Both the position numbers and the translations under genes were made by a program. The notes beneath the pieces are model-generated. The model did not search any database. It saw only the letters and a list, made by a program, of their open reading frames with translations, and was not told where the DNA came from. A stretch of 64,000 bases of DNA, from contig JADFXX010000002.1 in the NCBI GenBank assembly GCA_015233335.1, forward strand, positions 891 through 64,890, given 5' to 3'. Origin of the DNA: Candidatus Omnitrophota bacterium (GTDB taxonomy: Bacteria; Omnitrophota; Gorgyraeia; Zapsychrales; Fredricksoniimonadaceae). Positions 62,167 to 64,000 of the stretch are shown here, piece by piece; the stretch's first letter is position 1, and each line of letters begins with the position of its first letter.

Positions 62167-63132
62167 TCAACGGTGCCAATGAAAACCTAAACCTGCGACC
62201 ATAGCCGCATTATCCATGCATAACGCCATCGGCGGAAAAAACACATCGACCCCTTGGGACCGGGCTTTAAGCGGTAATTGACTGCGCAGGGCAGAATTCG
62301 CCGCAACGCCTCCACCGATCAATAGTGTTTTTACCTTCATTTTCCGGCAAGCATCAAGAGATTTCTCTATTAAACTTGAAACAACGCTTTCCTGAAAGGC
62401 ATAAGCGACCTGGGCCGAAGAAAAATCAGGTTTATTTTTATGCTTTTGGGTGTAATAAAGTACCGCGGTCTTAAGCCCGCTAAAAGAAAAATCATAACTT
62501 CCGGGTAAAATGGCTTTTGGAAACTTGATCCGGTCATTGTTTCCTTGACGACTCAAACGGTCAATAACAGGCCCTCCAGGATAACCCAAATCTAAAATAC
62601 GCGCCACTTTATCAAAGGCCTCTCCTGCGGCATCATCCCTCGTTGAACCCAACAATTTAAAACTCTTAAAATCTTTGACATAATAAAGACTGGAATGCCC
62701 GCCTGAAACAACCAGCCCCACGGCCGGAAGACGTTCAAACGGACAGGCTGTCGATTCCTTAGTTAACTGTATAAAATTGCTGTAGAGATGCGCCTTAATA
62801 TGATCAATTTCAATAAGCGGTTTGTCCAGCGATCGACTAAGTGCCCTTGCAAAACATAGCCCGACTAACAAAGAGCCGATCAAGCCCGGATGACGGGTTA
62901 CCGCAACGGCATCAATATCTCGAAGCTCCGCCTTTGCACTCAATAAGCTTTTTAAAACAACCTCATCAATGAATTCGATCTGACGGCGCGAGGCGATTTC
63001 CGGGATGATACCGCCAAAACGCTGATGATCTTTAAGACTGGTAGCAACGACATTGGAACGGACGAACACACCGTCGGATACGACCGCAGCGGCCGTCTCA
63101 TCACAGGAGGTCTCAATACCTAAAATGTTCAT
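62167..63132 (-). CDS. tsaD: tRNA N6-adenosine threonylcarbamoyltransferase
   Basis: 321 aa. Motifs MNILGIETSCDETAAAVV and VSGGHS. Confidence 0.9.
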   Translation of the reverse strand: MNILGIETSCDETAAAVVSDGVFVRSNVVATSLKDHQRFGGIIPEIASRRQIEFIDEVVLKSLLSAKAELRDIDAVAVTRHPGLIGSLLVGLCFARALSRSLDKPLIEIDHIKAHLYSNFIQLTKESTACPFERLPAVGLVVSGGHSSLYYVKDFKSFKLLGSTRDDAAGEAFDKVARILDLGYPGGPVIDRLSRQGNNDRIKFPKAILPGSYDFSFSGLKTAVLYYTQKHKNKPDFSSAQVAYAFQESVVSSLIEKSLDACRKMKVKTLLIGGGVAANSALRSQLPLKARSQGVDVFFPPMALCMDNAAMVAGLGFHWHR

Positions 63133-63968
63133 CTTTTCTTAAGCAGGTCCTTGATACTGACAATCTCGAAACCTTGATCCTCAAGTACTGGGATTTGTTC
63201 CTTGAGCACTTGCATGGTTAAATGGCGGTCATGACCAATGGCGACTGCATAGCCTCTATGGCGGGCCTTCTGAGCCAAAAGCATGAGCTGTTTGATAATC
63301 GCCTCTCTATTATTAACATTATCTAAAAAAACATCTCTCTTGCTAAAAGCCAGATCCATCTCACCGGCAAGCTGCGCACAAACAGAATTATGGGCCGTCA
63401 TGCTATCCACAAAAAACAGCTTTTTTTTCTTTAACTTTCTAAAAATGAGCTTCATCAAATTTTTGTCTTCGGTCGCTTTCGAACCCATATGATTGTTGAC
63501 CCCCTCAATCGACGGCAGTTGGTCCAGATCCTCATCGAGGATTTTCAAGACTAAATTTGGTTTCATAGTCGTCTTGATAATATAATCCTGAGGGTAAAAA
63601 TCATTATTATTCAAGGCCTCCAGCGGCAGGTGAAGCATCGTCATCTTGTGGGATTGCCCCGCACAGCGGGCCACATCTTTAGTATGCCGCAAACCGGGCA
63701 ATATCGATACCGCTAAGGGCTCAGATATTTCTTCAAGATATTTACAGTTCCCTAAACTCTGGCCCCAATCATCAATGATGATAGCGATCTTCCCGGCTGA
63801 GCCCTGCGGCATTTTTTTAATAGCGATAGGAGTGATGACTGCCACAGGTAAGGGTTTTGGCCTAATCTGTTTAATGACAGGCAGGACTTTTTTGGGACCG
63901 GAGGGTTCTTTTGATTTTGGGAAAAATAAGAAAAAAGCAGCTACGGCCAAACCTAAGACAACCACCAC
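63129..63968 (-). CDS. Divergent polysaccharide deacetylase family protein (YibQ-like)
   Basis: 279 aa. N-terminal TM helix; motifs IAIIIDDWGQS and NNHMGS. Confidence 0.7.
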   Translation of the reverse strand: MVVVLGLAVAAFFLFFPKSKEPSGPKKVLPVIKQIRPKPLPVAVITPIAIKKMPQGSAGKIAIIIDDWGQSLGNCKYLEEISEPLAVSILPGLRHTKDVARCAGQSHKMTMLHLPLEALNNNDFYPQDYIIKTTMKPNLVLKILDEDLDQLPSIEGVNNHMGSKATEDKNLMKLIFRKLKKKKLFFVDSMTAHNSVCAQLAGEMDLAFSKRDVFLDNVNNREAIIKQLMLLAQKARHRGYAVAIGHDRHLTMQVLKEQIPVLEDQGFEIVSIKDLLKKR

Positions 63969-64000
63969 CGTGGTTACTTTGATATCATTTTGAGAAGCCG

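Noticed and set aside
1-64000. Search for CRISPR arrays, transposases/IS ends, toxin-antitoxin pairs or known defence systems
   Set aside because: I saw no regularly spaced direct repeats, no terminal inverted repeats flanking a transposase-like ORF, and no nuclease, RT, helicase or methyltransferase combinations. All sizeable ORFs are accounted for by metabolic, signalling or secretion functions.

Overview
64-kb chromosomal window from a diderm, probably anaerobic bacterium; the taxon cannot be determined from sequence alone. All calls rest on reading the ORF translations and raw DNA by eye, with no database searches. I call 62 CDS and 3 tRNAs, and 64 of these 65 genes are on the minus strand, many with 1-8 nt stop/start overlaps.

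Gene blocks, left to right:
- Alpha-glucan operon: partial GH13 glgB, two GH57 genes, DUF4912, two tandem GT4 synthase-like genes.
- Signalling cluster: REC-GGDEF-HD-GYP protein, PocR-PAS histidine kinase, a second kinase, two single-domain response regulators.
- Outer-membrane barrel, then an aryl-pyruvate module (iorAB, paaK, ACT, PaaI-like thioesterase).
- Lipoprotein, a DUF1566 secreted protein, and tRNA-Ser(GCU).
- Sulfur/thiol module: CoA-disulfide-reductase-rhodanese, split YeeE/YedE, Cys-rich permease.
- An SGNH hydrolase interrupted by TPR repeats.
- tRNA-Arg(ACG), a sensorless kinase and tadA.
- A complete hoxEFUYH-hoxW-hypAFCDE [NiFe] hydrogenase supercluster, preceded by a cNMP-domain-only gene and a divergent LysR regulator.
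- An 11-gene type II secretion operon (gspC-like, D, E, F, G, H, I, J, K, L, M).
- Two about 960-aa S53 (sedolisin-like) proteases with C-terminal FN3 arrays, flanking a small outer-membrane barrel gene.
- A coupled operon of SPFH, a TM protein, an unknown protein and a FlaI-like ATPase.
- tRNA-Ser(CGA), a bactofilin-HTH / HTH-TM pair, tsaD and a YibQ-like gene.

Most notable non-coding signals:
- A strong candidate c-di-GMP-I (GEMM-I) riboswitch with a consensus sigma70 promoter (about 53715..53846, minus strand). It sits in front of the first S53 protease and the T2SS block.
- A 48-nt structured element (42/48 identical) shared by the upstream regions of both tRNA-Ser genes.

No CRISPR array, transposase, integrase or recognisable defence system was seen.
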